Assembly: GCA_019828565.1 (NCBI GenBank)
Contig: JAHDYR010000003.1
Location: 248,001-312,000 of the forward strand
Direction: 5' to 3'
Length of the DNA: 64,000 nucleotides
Source: Carpediemonas membranifera BICM
Taxonomy: Eukaryota > Protista > Fornicata
Shown here: positions 52,749-64,000 of the stretch, piece after piece
Numbering within the stretch: the stretch's first letter is position 1
How the letters are laid out: every line of letters starts with the position of its first letter
Position numbers and translations under genes: made by a program
The notes under the pieces: model-generated
The model's database searches: none
Seen by the model: the letters and a program-made list of their open reading frames with translations, nothing else
What the model was told of the DNA's origin: nothing

Positions 52749-53346
52749 ATTCACCCTAAATGATTCGAACTTCTTTTCTTTCATGCGGGTTTTGCCAGAG
52801 AGAATGGCTGAAGGTGACGCACACTGCTTCGTCATTCAAACTTCAGCGGTAGGAAGCCTTAACGATGTCCTCTATCTGCACCTTGCTGTGAGCTATGGTA
52901 CTTGTGTCGACTCGGGCGTAGTCGAGAATGGCCCGATGTGAGCAGGCGGCCTCAACTGCGCCTACCACATCCACCATCTAGACGCCGGCAAGGGTTTCCT
53001 CGCGGGCTTTGGAGAGACTCGCGTGGACGTCCCCCCGGTCCGGGCGTACACCCTGCCGGAACGATTCAAATCCTTGTTTCACGCATGGCAAGTCAACAGA
53101 AACGGCTACGTTGGCTGGGGTATGATTTGCAGGTGTGGGAGATGACAGCCCGACATCACCCCTTTGCACTGAAATCACTTCCAAGAAGTTATGTCTGGAA
53201 AACGCTTGTTTCGTCACATGGCCGAGAAAAGTCTTTCCCGAACTGATTCAGGACGTTTGCAGACTTATGCGGTCGAATCCGATGGCATGGGAGCAAGGAT
53301 CTCAGCGCACCAGAGGCTGGGTAAACTGCACTCGCGAAAAATCCGA

Positions 53347-54351
53347 ATGTCGGCTGATCAGCTAGGGGACGCATCAGAGCTTGTCCTCGACGACTTCGAG
53401 TACCTAAAAACGGTGGGGACAGGTACGTTCGGACGAGTTCGCCTTGTGAAACACAAGGTTACTGGACGCTTCTATGCGATGAAGATTCTAGACAAGAAAA
53501 GCGTCGTTCAGCACCGTCAAGTGCAGCATATCCTTAATGAGAAGTTCATTTTGTCCTCTATTCAACACCCATTCATTGTGAACCTTGCCGCCACCTTCCA
53601 GACGACGCGGAAACTTCTCATGGTTCTCGAGTACGTGCCTGGCGGTGAGTTGTTCAGCCATCTGAGGATGCGCGAGAAGTTTCCTCTGGACATCGTGCGG
53701 CGCTATGCTGCCGAGATCGTCCTCGCCTTCGAGTATCTGCACGCCCGCAACATTGTCTACCGCGACCTGAAGCCCGAGAACCTCCTGCTCGACGAGAAGG
53801 GTCACATCAAGATCACCGACTTCGGGTTCGGCAAGATCATCAACGAGCGCACCTTCACCATGTGTGGAACTCCTGAGTACCTCGCTCCCGAGATCATCCA
53901 GTCTAGAGGCCACGGCAAGGCCGTAGACTGGTGGGCCCTCGGCATCCTCATCTACGAGATGACGGCGGGCTATCCCCCATTCTACGACGCTGACGGGGAT
54001 CCCTATAAGACATATGAGCAGATCCTGTCTCAGCCAGTGCAGTTTACGTCTGACTTCGACTCCGACACCCGGTCCCTTGTCCGTCACCTGCTGCAGAAGA
54101 ACAAGAGCCAGCGCCTCGGTAACTTGCACGGTGGGGCCCAGGATGTGAAGCAGCACCGCTTCTTTGATGGAGTCAATTGGGATGCGATCTTCCAACGGCG
54201 GACTGACGGACCCATTATCCCCAAGGTCAAGGGTGCCGATGACACGAGTAACTTTGAGGATTATTCAGAAGACGACGACTTGCTGGACCCTGCAAAGCAG
54301 CGGCGCCCACTGAAGTTCAAGGGTGGTGTCGATCCGTTCGTCGGCTTCTAG
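53347..54351 (+). CDS. cAMP-dependent protein kinase catalytic subunit, copy 1
   Basis: [43 protein letters not shown]-terminal FVGF. Confidence 0.93.
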   Translation: MSADQLGDASELVLDDFEYLKTVGTGTFGRVRLVKHKVTGRFYAMKILDKKSVVQHRQVQHILNEKFILSSIQHPFIVNLAATFQTTRKLLMVLEYVPGGELFSHLRMREKFPLDIVRRYAAEIVLAFEYLHARNIVYRDLKPENLLLDEKGHIKITDFGFGKIINERTFTMCGTPEYLAPEIIQSRGHGKAVDWWALGILIYEMTAGYPPFYDADGDPYKTYEQILSQPVQFTSDFDSDTRSLVRHLLQKNKSQRLGNLHGGAQDVKQHRFFDGVNWDAIFQRRTDGPIIPKVKGADDTSNFEDYSEDDDLLDPAKQRRPLKFKGGVDPFVGF

Positions 54352-54585
54352 ATTGTTTACATAAAGCTCCATAAAGCTCCAACAGCATGTGGTGGTTTTT
54401 AGGCGTTCTGGTTTAGTCTATTGGTGCTAATCGGGTTGAGGAGAGAGTTTTGGTCGCCCTGGGGTAAACCAGGACAGAATAAGAAACACTCAGACTGCCC
54501 TAGACATGCGGGACTGGTTCATTAGGCTTTACATGCGTGTAAAGGGACTTATGTTAATGATCTGGCCACGTGAAGAGAGTGCGTG

Positions 54586-56455
54586 ATGCAGGCTATAGAC
54601 GTGCCTGCTACAGTCACGACGCGGTTGAAAGAGTTGCGGTACTGCCAGGATGATATTATGAAGCACAAGGGCACCAGCCGAATCTTCCAGCGGCTTCCTC
54701 GGCACCTTCGCCGCCGTGCGATGTCGTACGACGTCCACAGGTATCCCCGCAACGTGCGTCAGGCTGTTAAGCATGAAATGGACAAGACCAGTGTCGATCG
54801 CACGACAGGAGAGCCAATTGGCCCGAAGAAGCTTCGCAAGGCCATCAGGAAGCGCTCCAACCTTCTCACACGAACCTTCCGTCTATCGAGACCCAATGTA
54901 TGGCTCGAGACACATCTGTGGAACGTTAAGCGCTTCCATATGGCACCCCACTTCGGATACACCATCCCGACCTCCGCCACGATGAAGGGCATCCGCACGG
55001 TCTGGCGTATCGCCAACAGCGGCGCGGTAGTCCATGATATGTCATACTACACGCCTGTAGAGGTGCCAGACGTCGCAGCCCTCCCGACCCGCGGCACCCC
55101 GCTCCAGGTCGACGTCGGCGCCCTGCTGCCCGACATGGGGCTGCCCCTGACCCTCCCTATCGCCATAGCGGGCGACAGGGCGTTCATTGTAGTCCACAGT
55201 ACATTGGCAGACGCCTTGGTCGACGCCATACCCGGTGCCGTCTCCCGCCGGGATGCCCTGTGCGGCTACCGCCTGGTCGGGCCCGCTTCCCTCGACGTTG
55301 CCCGCACCGCCCTGGTCCCAGTGAACAACACCGCCCCCACCATGGCCCCCGGGTCCAGGCCCGACCCGACGAGGTCCTCATACGTCACGGTCGAGGACCC
55401 CCGCATCAAGGTAGTCCGCTCTTTCAACGGGGCCGACCCGTATGGCCTGCTGCCGATGAACAAGCGCCGTGACCCGCCGCACCCGCAGGAGACGGCGGTG
55501 GGGCCGGGCCAGGCCAAGGAGATGATCGCCCAGCTCAACCCCGCTGTCGGCGAGACACCCGCCCCAGCACCCCCAGCCTGGCCATGGCCCGCGGACGACG
55601 GGGACGTCACTGTCGACCGGGACGCCCTCGGGGACCTGGGTCGACCCGTACCGACGTGGCAGCTGAACGAGAGCCGGGCGGACCAGATCACGGGCCCGCC
55701 CGCCCCCGGCCCCCGCCCCACGGTGTGCATCACACCCCTGCCCCATGGGCGATCTCCCAGGCCTCCTGGTCCTGGCCCCCCGCGAACTGGGGCGGGTTTG
55801 TGTACAGAGGCCTGGTGCACGCCAGGGCCCACCCCCTGGGCCGCGAGGAGTGGCGGTACCTCGCCCATGAGACCGGCAGGGCACTGTACCCCTGAGGACT
55901 GTCCCTTGACAGCCCCCCGGGTACGGCTGCATGGTCGCCAGAGCCTGGGATGCCCTCGAGACATGGCGTCGCCGTCCCCCGGCCAAGCGGGCGCCCGTGG
56001 ATGCTGGGACACTCCCGGCACCGTTCATGCCGCCCATCTCTGCTGCTCTGGGTGATCAGTACGCCGAGTGCGAGCGGGCTCTCGTGGCCGCCGCTTCCTC
56101 TGTAGACGGCACTACGAGGGCCAAGGCTGGTGAGAAACGCCACGCGGCGAATATCCGCAAGACATGGCTGCTGACGAAGCGCCCGGACATGGCTGCCCCG
56201 CACACCGAGGGGCAGGGGGCCAGCACCAGTGTCCCCGTCGCCCCCATCCCCACTGACCCGCCCCGACTCAGCGGGCAGCGTGTCGTGCTGTTTGAGTGCG
56301 AGTCCGGTCGACCCCGGTCCTGTGGTAGGATCGGCGCGGGGTTCGTGTTGGAGAGTTGGTTCTCACTCCCGGCTGGACGTGTGAGGGGTCTCGCGGTGGA
56401 TGTTGGTCTCGGGGAGGATGCTGGGGTGACGTTTAGTGATGTTCCCTTCGTGTGA
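54586..56455 (+). CDS. POP1: RNase P/MRP subunit POP1, copy 1 (frameshifts in C/G runs)
   Basis: FQRLPRHLRRRAMSYD, WLETHLWNVKRFHM, HDMSYY; POPLD-like GREEWRYLAHETG..YPEDCP, W.RRPPAKR in shifted frames. Confidence 0.85.
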
Positions 56456-57222
56456 GTGAATATCGGGTTGACGGTACAGATTGCTCGGCGGGGCACCTCA
56501 CCGCTGGCGCTGCACCGACCGAGCTCCTCTCGCCAAGCGACGCTCCCGGCTCACAGGGCCCCGAGTCGCCCACGCAGTCGCAGGCGGTTGGAGAAAGCCA
56601 GGACGATGTGACTATGGAGACATGCACGACGGAGGAGTTCCCCTAAATTCACCCTAAATGATTCGAACTTCTTTTTCTTTCATGCGGGTTTTGCCAGAGA
56701 GAATGGCTGAAGGTGACGCACACTGCTTCGTCATTCAAACTTCAGCGGTAGGAAGCCTTAACGATGTCCTCTATCTGCACCTTGCTGTGAGCTATGGTAC
56801 TTGTGTCGACTCGGGCGTAGTCGAGAATGGCCCGATGTGAGCAGGCGGCCTCAACTGCGCCTACCACATCCACCATCTAGACGCCGGCAAGGGTTTCCTC
56901 GCGGGCTTTGGAGAGACTCGCGTGGACGTCCCCCGGTCCGGGCGTACACCCTGCCGGAACGATTCAAATCCTTGTTTCACGCATGGCAAGTCAACAGAAA
57001 CGGCTACGTTGGCTGGGGTATGATTTGCAGGTGTGGGAGATGACAGCCCGACATCACCCCTTTGCACTGAAATCACTTCCAAGAAGTTATGTCTGGAAAA
57101 CGCTTGTTTCGTCACATGGCCGAGAAAAGTCTTTCCCGAACTGATTCAGGACGTTTGCAGACTTATGCGGTCGAATCCGATGGCATGGGAGCAAGGATCT
57201 CAGCGCACCAGAGGCTGGGTAA

Positions 57223-58254
<1,032 letters not shown>

Positions 58255-58488
58255 ATTGTTTACATAAAGCTCCATAAAGCTCCAACAGCATGTGGTGGTT
58301 TTTAGGCGTTCTGGTTTAGTCTATTGGTGCTAATCGGGTTGAGGAGAGAGTTTTGGTCGCCCTGGGGTAAACCAGGACAGAATAAGAAACACTCAGACTG
58401 CCCTAGACATGCGGGACTGGTTCATTAGGCTTTACATGCGTGTAAAGGGACTTATGTTAATGATCTGGCCACGTGAAGAGAGTGCGTG

Positions 58489-60356
58489 ATGCAGGCTATA
58501 GACGTGCCTGCTACAGTCACGACGCGGTTGAAAGAGTTGCGGTACTGCCAGGATGATATTATGAAGCACAAGGGCACCAGCCGAATCTTCCAGCGGCTTC
58601 CTCGGCACCTTCGCCGCCGTGCGATGTCGTACGACGTCCACAGGTATCCCCGCAACGTGCGTCAGGCTGTTAAGCATGAAATGGACAAGACCAGTGTCGA
58701 TCGCACGACAGGAGAGCCAATTGGCCCGAAGAAGCTTCGCAAGGCCATCAGGAAGCGCTCCAACCTTCTCACACGAACCTTCCGTCTATCGAGACCCAAT
58801 GTATGGCTCGAGACACATCTGTGGAACGTTAAGCGCTTCCATATGGCACCCCACTTCGGATACACCATCCCGACCTCCGCCACGATGAAGGGCATCCGCA
58901 CGGTCTGGCGTATCGCCAACAGCGGCGCGGTAGTCCATGATATGTCATACTACACGCCTGTAGAGGTGCCAGACGTCGCAGCCCTCCCGACCCGCGGCAC
59001 CCCGCTCCAGGTCGACGTCGGCGCCCTGCTGCCCGACATGGGGCTGCCCCTGACCCTCCCTATCGCCATAGCGGGCGACAGGGCGTTCATTGTAGTCCAC
59101 AGTACATTGGCAGACGCCTTGGTCGACGCCATACCCGGTGCCGTCTCCCGCCGGGATGCCCTGTGCGGCTACCGCCTGGTCGGGCCCGCTTCCCTCGACG
59201 TTGCCCGCACCGCCCTGGTCCCAGTGAACAACACCGCCCCCACCATGGCCCCCGGGTCCAGGCCCGACCCGACGAGGTCCTCATACGTCACGGTCGAGGA
59301 CCCCCGCATCAAGGTAGTCCGCTCTTTCAACGGGGCCGACCCGTATGGCCTGCTGCCGATGAACAAGCGCCGTGACCCGCCGCACCCGCAGGAGACGGCG
59401 GTGGGGCCGGGCCAGGCCAAGGAGATGATCGCCCAGCTCAACCCCGCTGTCGGCGAGACACCCGCCCCAGCACCCCCAGCCTGGCCATGGCCCGCGGACG
59501 ACGGGGACGTCACTGTCGACCGGGACGCCCTCGGGGACCTGGGTCGACCCGTACCGACGTGGCAGCTGAACGAGAGCCGGGCGGACCAGATCACGGGCCC
59601 GCCCGCCCCCGGCCCCCGCCCCACGGTGTGCATCACACCCTGCCCCATGGGCGATCTCCCAGGCCTCCTGGTCCTGGCCCCCGCGAACTGGGGCGGGTTT
59701 GTGTACAGAGGCCTGGTGCACGCCAGGGCCCACCCCCTGGGCCGCGAGGGAGTGGCGGTACCTCGCCCATGAGACCGGCAGGGCACTGTACCCTGAGGAC
59801 TGTCCCTTGACAGCCCCCGGGTACGGCTGCATGGTCGCCAGAGCCTGGGATGCCCTCGAGACATGGCGTCGCCGTCCCCCGGCCAAGCGGGCGCCCGTGG
59901 ATGCTGGGACACTCCCGGCACCGTTCATGCCGCCCATCTCTGCTGCTCTGGGTGATCAGTACGCCGAGTGCGAGCGGGCTCTCGTGGCCGCCGCTTCCTC
60001 TGTAGACGGCACTACGAGGGCCAAGGCTGGTGAGAAACGCCACGCGGCGAATATCCGCAAGACATGGCTGCTGACGAAGCGCCCGGACATGGCTGCCCCG
60101 CACACCGAGGGGCAGGGGGCCAGCACCAGTGTCCCCGTCGCCCCCATCCCCACTGACCCGCCCCCGACTCAGCGGGCAGCGTGTCGTGCTGTTTGAGTGC
60201 GAGTCCGGTCGACCCCGGTCCTGTGGTAGGATCGGCGCGGGGTTCGTGTTGGAGAGTTGGTTCTCACTCCCGGCTGGACGTGTGAGGGGTCTCGCGGTGG
60301 ATGTTGGTCTCGGGGAGGATGCTGGGGTGACGTTTAGTGATGTTCCCTTCGTGTGA
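58489..60356 (+). CDS. POP1: POP1, copy 2 (frameshifted in homopolymers)
   Basis: Identical to copy 1 except for indels. Confidence 0.75.
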
Positions 60357-61145
60357 GTGAATATCGGGTTGACGGTACAGATTGCTCGGCGGGGCACCTC
60401 ACCGCTGGCGCTGCACCGACCGAGCTCCTCTCGCCAAGCGACGCTCCCGGCTCACAGGGCCCCGAGTCGCCCACGCAGTCGCAGGCGGTTGGAGAAAGCC
60501 AGGACGATGTGACTATGGAGACATGCACGACGGAGGAGTTCCCCTAAATTCACCCTAAATGATTCGAACTTCTTTTCTTTCATGCGGGTTTTGCCAGAGA
60601 GAATGGCTGAAGGTGACGCACACTGCTTCGTCATTCAAACTTCAGCGGTAGGAAGCCTTAACGATGTCCTCTATCTGCACCTTGCTGTGAGCTATGGTAC
60701 TTGTGTCGACTCGGGCGTAGTCGAGAATGGCCCGATGTGAGCAGGCGGCCTCAACTGCGCCTACCACATCCACCATCTAGACGCCGGCAAGGGTTTCCTC
60801 GCGGGCTTTGGAGAGACTCGCGTGGACGTCCCCCCGGTCCGGGCGTACACCCTGCCGGAACGATTCAAATCCTTGTTTCACGCATGGCAAGTCAACAGAA
60901 ACGGCTACGTTGGCTGGGGTATGATTTGCAGGTGTGGGAGATGACAGCCCGACATCACCCCTTTGCACTGAAATCACTTCCAAGAAGTTATGTCTGGAAA
61001 ACGCTTGTTTCGTCACATGGCCGAGAAAAGTCTTTCCCGAACTGATTCAGGACGTTTGCAGACTTATGCGGTCGAATCCGATGGCATGGGAGCAAGGATC
61101 TCAGCGCACCAGAGGCTGGGTAAACTGCACTCGCGAAAAATCCGA

Positions 61146-62150
61146 ATGTCGGCTGATCAGCTAGGGGACGCATCAGAGCTTGTCCTCGACGACTTCGAGT
61201 ACCTAAAAACGGTGGGGACAGGTACGTTCGGACGAGTTCGCCTTGTGAAACACAAGGTTACTGGACGCTTCTATGCGATGAAGATTCTAGACAAGAAAAG
61301 CGTCGTTCAGCACCGTCAAGTGCAGCATATCCTTAATGAGAAGTTCATTTTGTCCTCTATTCAACACCCATTCATTGTGAACCTTGCCGCCACCTTCCAG
61401 ACGACGCGGAAACTTCTCATGGTTCTCGAGTACGTGCCTGGCGGTGAGTTGTTCAGCCATCTGAGGATGCGCGAGAAGTTTCCTCTGGACATCGTGCGGC
61501 GCTATGCTGCCGAGATCGTCCTCGCCTTCGAGTATCTGCACGCCCGCAACATTGTCTACCGCGACCTGAAGCCCGAGAACCTCCTGCTCGACGAGAAGGG
61601 TCACATCAAGATCACCGACTTCGGGTTCGGCAAGATCATCAACGAGCGCACCTTCACCATGTGTGGAACTCCTGAGTACCTCGCTCCCGAGATCATCCAG
61701 TCTAGAGGCCACGGCAAGGCCGTAGACTGGTGGGCCCTCGGCATCCTCATCTACGAGATGACGGCGGGCTATCCCCCATTCTACGACGCTGACGGGGATC
61801 CCTATAAGACATATGAGCAGATCCTGTCTCAGCCAGTGCAGTTTACGTCTGACTTCGACTCCGACACCCGGTCCCTTGTCCGTCACCTGCTGCAGAAGAA
61901 CAAGAGCCAGCGCCTCGGTAACTTGCACGGTGGGGCCCAGGATGTGAAGCAGCACCGCTTCTTTGATGGAGTCAATTGGGATGCGATCTTCCAACGGCGG
62001 ACTGACGGACCCATTATCCCCAAGGTCAAGGGTGCCGATGACACGAGTAACTTTGAGGATTATTCAGAAGACGACGACTTGCTGGACCCTGCAAAGCAGC
62101 GGCGCCCACTGAAGTTCAAGGGTGGTGTCGATCCGTTCGTCGGCTTCTAG
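61146..62150 (+). CDS. PKA catalytic subunit, copy 3
   Basis: Protein identical to copy 1. Confidence 0.93.
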   Translation: MSADQLGDASELVLDDFEYLKTVGTGTFGRVRLVKHKVTGRFYAMKILDKKSVVQHRQVQHILNEKFILSSIQHPFIVNLAATFQTTRKLLMVLEYVPGGELFSHLRMREKFPLDIVRRYAAEIVLAFEYLHARNIVYRDLKPENLLLDEKGHIKITDFGFGKIINERTFTMCGTPEYLAPEIIQSRGHGKAVDWWALGILIYEMTAGYPPFYDADGDPYKTYEQILSQPVQFTSDFDSDTRSLVRHLLQKNKSQRLGNLHGGAQDVKQHRFFDGVNWDAIFQRRTDGPIIPKVKGADDTSNFEDYSEDDDLLDPAKQRRPLKFKGGVDPFVGF

Positions 62151-62384
62151 ATTGTTTACATAAAGCTCCATAAAGCTCCAACAGCATGTGGTGGTTTTTA
62201 GGCGTTCTGGTTTAGTCTATTGGTGCTAATCGGGTTGAGGAGAGAGTTTTGGTCGCCCTGGGGTAAACCAGGACAGAATAAGAAACACTCAGACTGCCCT
62301 AGACATGCGGGACTGGTTCATTAGGCTTTACATGCGTGTAAAGGGACTTATGTTAATGATCTGGCCACGTGAAGAGAGTGCGTG

Positions 62385-64000
62385 ATGCAGGCTATAGACG
62401 TGCCTGCTACAGTCACGACGCGGTTGAAAGAGTTGCGGTACTGCCAGGATGATATTATGAAGCACAAGGGCACCAGCCGAATCTTCCAGCGGCTTCCTCG
62501 GCACCTTCGCCGCCGTGCGATGTCGTACGACGTCCACAGGTATCCCCGCAACGTGCGTCAGGCTGTTAAGCATGAAATGGACAAGACCAGTGTCGATCGC
62601 ACGACAGGAGAGCCAATTGGCCCGAAGAAGCTTCGCAAGGCCATCAGGAAGCGCTCCAACCTTCTCACACGAACCTTCCGTCTATCGAGACCCAATGTAT
62701 GGCTCGAGACACATCTGTGGAACGTTAAGCGCTTCCATATGGCACCCCACTTCGGATACACCATCCCGACCTCCGCCACGATGAAGGGCATCCGCACGGT
62801 CTGGCGTATCGCCAACAGCGGCGCGGTAGTCCATGATATGTCATACTACACGCCTGTAGAGGTGCCAGACGTCGCAGCCCTCCCGACCCGCGGCACCCCG
62901 CTCCAGGTCGACGTCGGCGCCCTGCTGCCCGACATGGGGCTGCCCCTGACCCTCCCTATCGCCATAGCGGGCGACAGGGCGTTCATTGTAGTCCACAGTA
63001 CATTGGCAGACGCCTTGGTCGACGCCATACCCGGTGCCGTCTCCCGCCGGGATGCCCTGTGCGGCTACCGCCTGGTCGGGCCCGCTTCCCTCGACGTTGC
63101 CCGCACCGCCCTGGTCCCAGTGAACAACACCGCCCCCACCATGGCCCCCGGGTCCAGGCCCGACCCGACGAGGTCCTCATACGTCACGGTCGAGGACCCC
63201 CGCATCAAGGTAGTCCGCTCTTTCAACGGGGCCGACCCGTATGGCCTGCTGCCGATGAACAAGCGCCGTGACCCGCCGCACCCGCAGGAGACGGCGGTGG
63301 GGCCGGGCCAGGCCAAGGAGATGATCGCCCAGCTCAACCCCGCTGTCGGCGAGACACCCGCCCCAGCACCCCCAGCCTGGCCATGGCCCGCGGACGACGG
63401 GGACGTCACTGTCGACCGGGACGCCCTCGGGGACCTGGGTCGACCCGTACCGACGTGGCAGCTGAACGAGAGCCGGGCGGACCAGATCACGGGCCCGCCC
63501 GCCCCCGGCCCCCGCCCCACGGTGTGCATCACACCCTGCCCCATGGGCGATCTCCCAGGCCTCCTGGTCCTGGCCCCCGCGAACTGGGGCGGGTTTGTGT
63601 ACAGAGGCCTGGTGCACGCCAGGGCCCACCCCCTGGGCCGCGAGGAGTGGCGGTACCTCGCCCATGAGACCGGCAGGGCACTGTACCCTGAGGACTGTCC
63701 CTTGACAGCCCCCGGGTACGGCTGCATGGTCGCCAGAGCCTGGGATGCCCTCGAGACATGGCGTCGCCGTCCCCCGGCCAAGCGGGCGCCCGTGGATGCT
63801 GGGACACTCCCGGCACCGTTCATGCCGCCCATCTCTGCTGCTCTGGGTGATCAGTACGCCGAGTGCGAGCGGGCTCTCGTGGCCGCCGCTTCCTCTGTAG
63901 ACGGCACTACGAGGGCCAAGGCTGGTGAGAAACGCCACGCGGCGAATATCCGCAAGACATGGCTGCTGACGAAGCGCCCGGACATGGCTGCCCCGCACAC
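62385..64000 (+). CDS. POP1: POP1, copy 3 (appears in frame; runs off the window)
   Basis: Reads TPCPMGDLPGLLVLAPANWGGFVYRGLVHARAHPLGREEWRYLAHETG without a shift. Confidence 0.85.
   Translation, partial: MQAIDVPATVTTRLKELRYCQDDIMKHKGTSRIFQRLPRHLRRRAMSYDVHRYPRNVRQAVKHEMDKTSVDRTTGEPIGPKKLRKAIRKRSNLLTRTFRLSRPNVWLETHLWNVKRFHMAPHFGYTIPTSATMKGIRTVWRIANSGAVVHDMSYYTPVEVPDVAALPTRGTPLQVDVGALLPDMGLPLTLPIAIAGDRAFIVVHSTLADALVDAIPGAVSRRDALCGYRLVGPASLDVARTALVPVNNTAPTMAPGSRPDPTRSSYVTVEDPRIKVVRSFNGADPYGLLPMNKRRDPPHPQETAVGPGQAKEMIAQLNPAVGETPAPAPPAWPWPADDGDVTVDRDALGDLGRPVPTWQLNESRADQITGPPAPGPRPTVCITPCPMGDLPGLLVLAPANWGGFVYRGLVHARAHPLGREEWRYLAHETGRALYPEDCPLTAPGYGCMVARAWDALETWRRRPPAKRAPVDAGTLPAPFMPPISAALGDQYAECERALVAAASSVDGTTRAKAGEKRHAANIRKTWLLTKRPDMAAPH

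Noticed and set aside
54361-54381. ataaagctcc x2 micro-duplication after the PKA stop
   Set aside because: Trivial slippage repeat

Overview
Gene-dense eukaryotic protist DNA with very short introns (28-42 nt). The beta-tubulin is Giardia/fornicate-like, so this is most plausibly a free-living metamonad such as Carpediemonas (inference). Housekeeping genes: WDR35, kinesin-ankyrin fusion, ELMOD, Rh/Amt, CCT7, AMPK-gamma, Elongin B, MMS2/UEV, beta-tubulin, TTLL, ACSL, exportin, PKA and POP1. Main discovery: a Fanzor1/TnpB-type RNA-guided nuclease gene (35362-37283, D-E-D RuvC triad intact, one frame break) followed by a structured ~212-nt putative omegaRNA. That RNA module recurs, ~99% identical, as a stand-alone inverted copy at 15819-16031 with a different 3' flank (a different guide). 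Its last 30 nt recur again upstream of the nuclease. Other notable items: a CatSper-beta-like protein; a secreted NlpC/P60-like hydrolase with a 5-nt microexon that the ORF track misses; an ART/MACPF/vWA toxin-like cluster; a 2-kb inverted duplication of asparagine synthetase embedded in an RCC1-like repeat unit; and a ~3.9-kb tandem amplification of PKA+POP1. All family calls come from recognising motifs by eye; no searches were run.
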